This document shows, one piece after another, positions 63,251 to 64,000 of a stretch of 64,000 bases of DNA. A program made the position numbers and the translations under genes. Position 1 is the stretch's first letter. Each line of letters starts with the position of its first letter. Source of the stretch: Fimbriosthenelais zetlandica. Its lineage: Eukaryota. The stretch is taken from contig OZ365112.1 of assembly GCA_977030845.1 (NCBI GenBank), positions 8,246,001-8,310,000 of the forward strand. Direction: 5' to 3'. The notes under the pieces were generated by a model, which saw nothing but the letters and a program-made list of their open reading frames with translations, did no database searches and was not told the origin of the DNA.

Positions 63251-64000
63251 AATAGTCTGTAATTTGTTATTGCTTTTGTATAGGAACACAGAGGCGTAAG
63301 CCATTGGATCTTTACAAAGTATGAACATTAATGAATGGATTTTAATGTGATTTAAAGATCCTAGGAAATGAGAGAGGTTGGGGTGAAATAGAGCTAAGAA
63401 TGAATTCTATGACAACCGTTTGGCAAGGTTTGGAGTATCTGAGGTCACCAAATAGGTGTGATCAGAGGGGGTAGCAGATTGACCCCAGAACAGGCCTATA
63501 ATTAAACGCAACATATACTTTAAGAGAATTAGACTTTTCCGCGGGGTTAGGCAACTGAGAGCCTGGGGGCTTATTGCCCTTGTATTGAAGTAGCCGAAGA
63601 GGCAAATTAGAGAACACTTCACGTGTCGATTGTTCACGCCTCTACGATTCCAACACAAGTGCGGACGGAGAAATACCGTGGACAATTAATTTAACCCCTC
63701 AGACTGTTAAATTAGACGCATTAGTTATAACAATTATGCATGCAAGCATCGGAAAATAACAGGTCTTATACATCAAACGAGTGTATAATTCCTAAATCAT
63801 TTCACTATCTATAACACATTTTCATGTGAAGTCTGAAAGTGGGCATGACTGATCTTTCTTCTATTGCTGGTATTGTAATTGTATAATGAGCTTGGTGGGT
63901 TAGCTTTCAAGGGCTAACACGAGGGGATGGTTATCAAATCTGAGCACCAAATAAGGGAAATGTAATTCATCAGAGTAGGCTGAGCTAGGTGTCGCTGCTA

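Noticed and set aside
1-64000. CRISPR arrays, operons, defence systems, rRNA/tRNA genes
   Set aside because: No regularly spaced repeats, no long prokaryote-type ORFs and no structural RNA signatures. The window is spliced eukaryotic DNA.

Overview
This is eukaryotic (metazoan, probably invertebrate) genomic DNA, not prokaryotic. The main feature, reconstructed by hand from splice signals and frame continuity, is a + strand adhesion GPCR gene of at least 23 coding exons (14616-44052, 2793 nt in frame = 931 codons). Its architecture is pentraxin/LamG-like domain - short Cys-rich segment - hormone-receptor (HRM) domain - GAIN/GPS - 7TM. The signal-peptide exon(s) and the C-terminal tail exon(s) could not be placed confidently. 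The receptor is atypical. The GPS cleavage triad H-L-T/S is replaced by R-T-G, the GPS carries a ~40-aa insertion, the tethered-agonist core is degenerate, basic convertase-like sites sit in the GAIN domain, ICL2 is His-rich, and intron 1 requires a GC donor. Its largest intron (33750-41611) holds two phase-compatible minus-strand exons that suggest an unidentified nested/antisense gene. Also present: a composite long-inverted-repeat (foldback-like) element at 6814-8075, small MITEs, a CT microsatellite, recurrent CTCF-like motifs and several TF-motif-dense promoter-like islands. Most ORFs in the supplied six-frame track are spurious. No CRISPR, rRNA or tRNA was supported. All homology statements come from motif recognition, not database searches.
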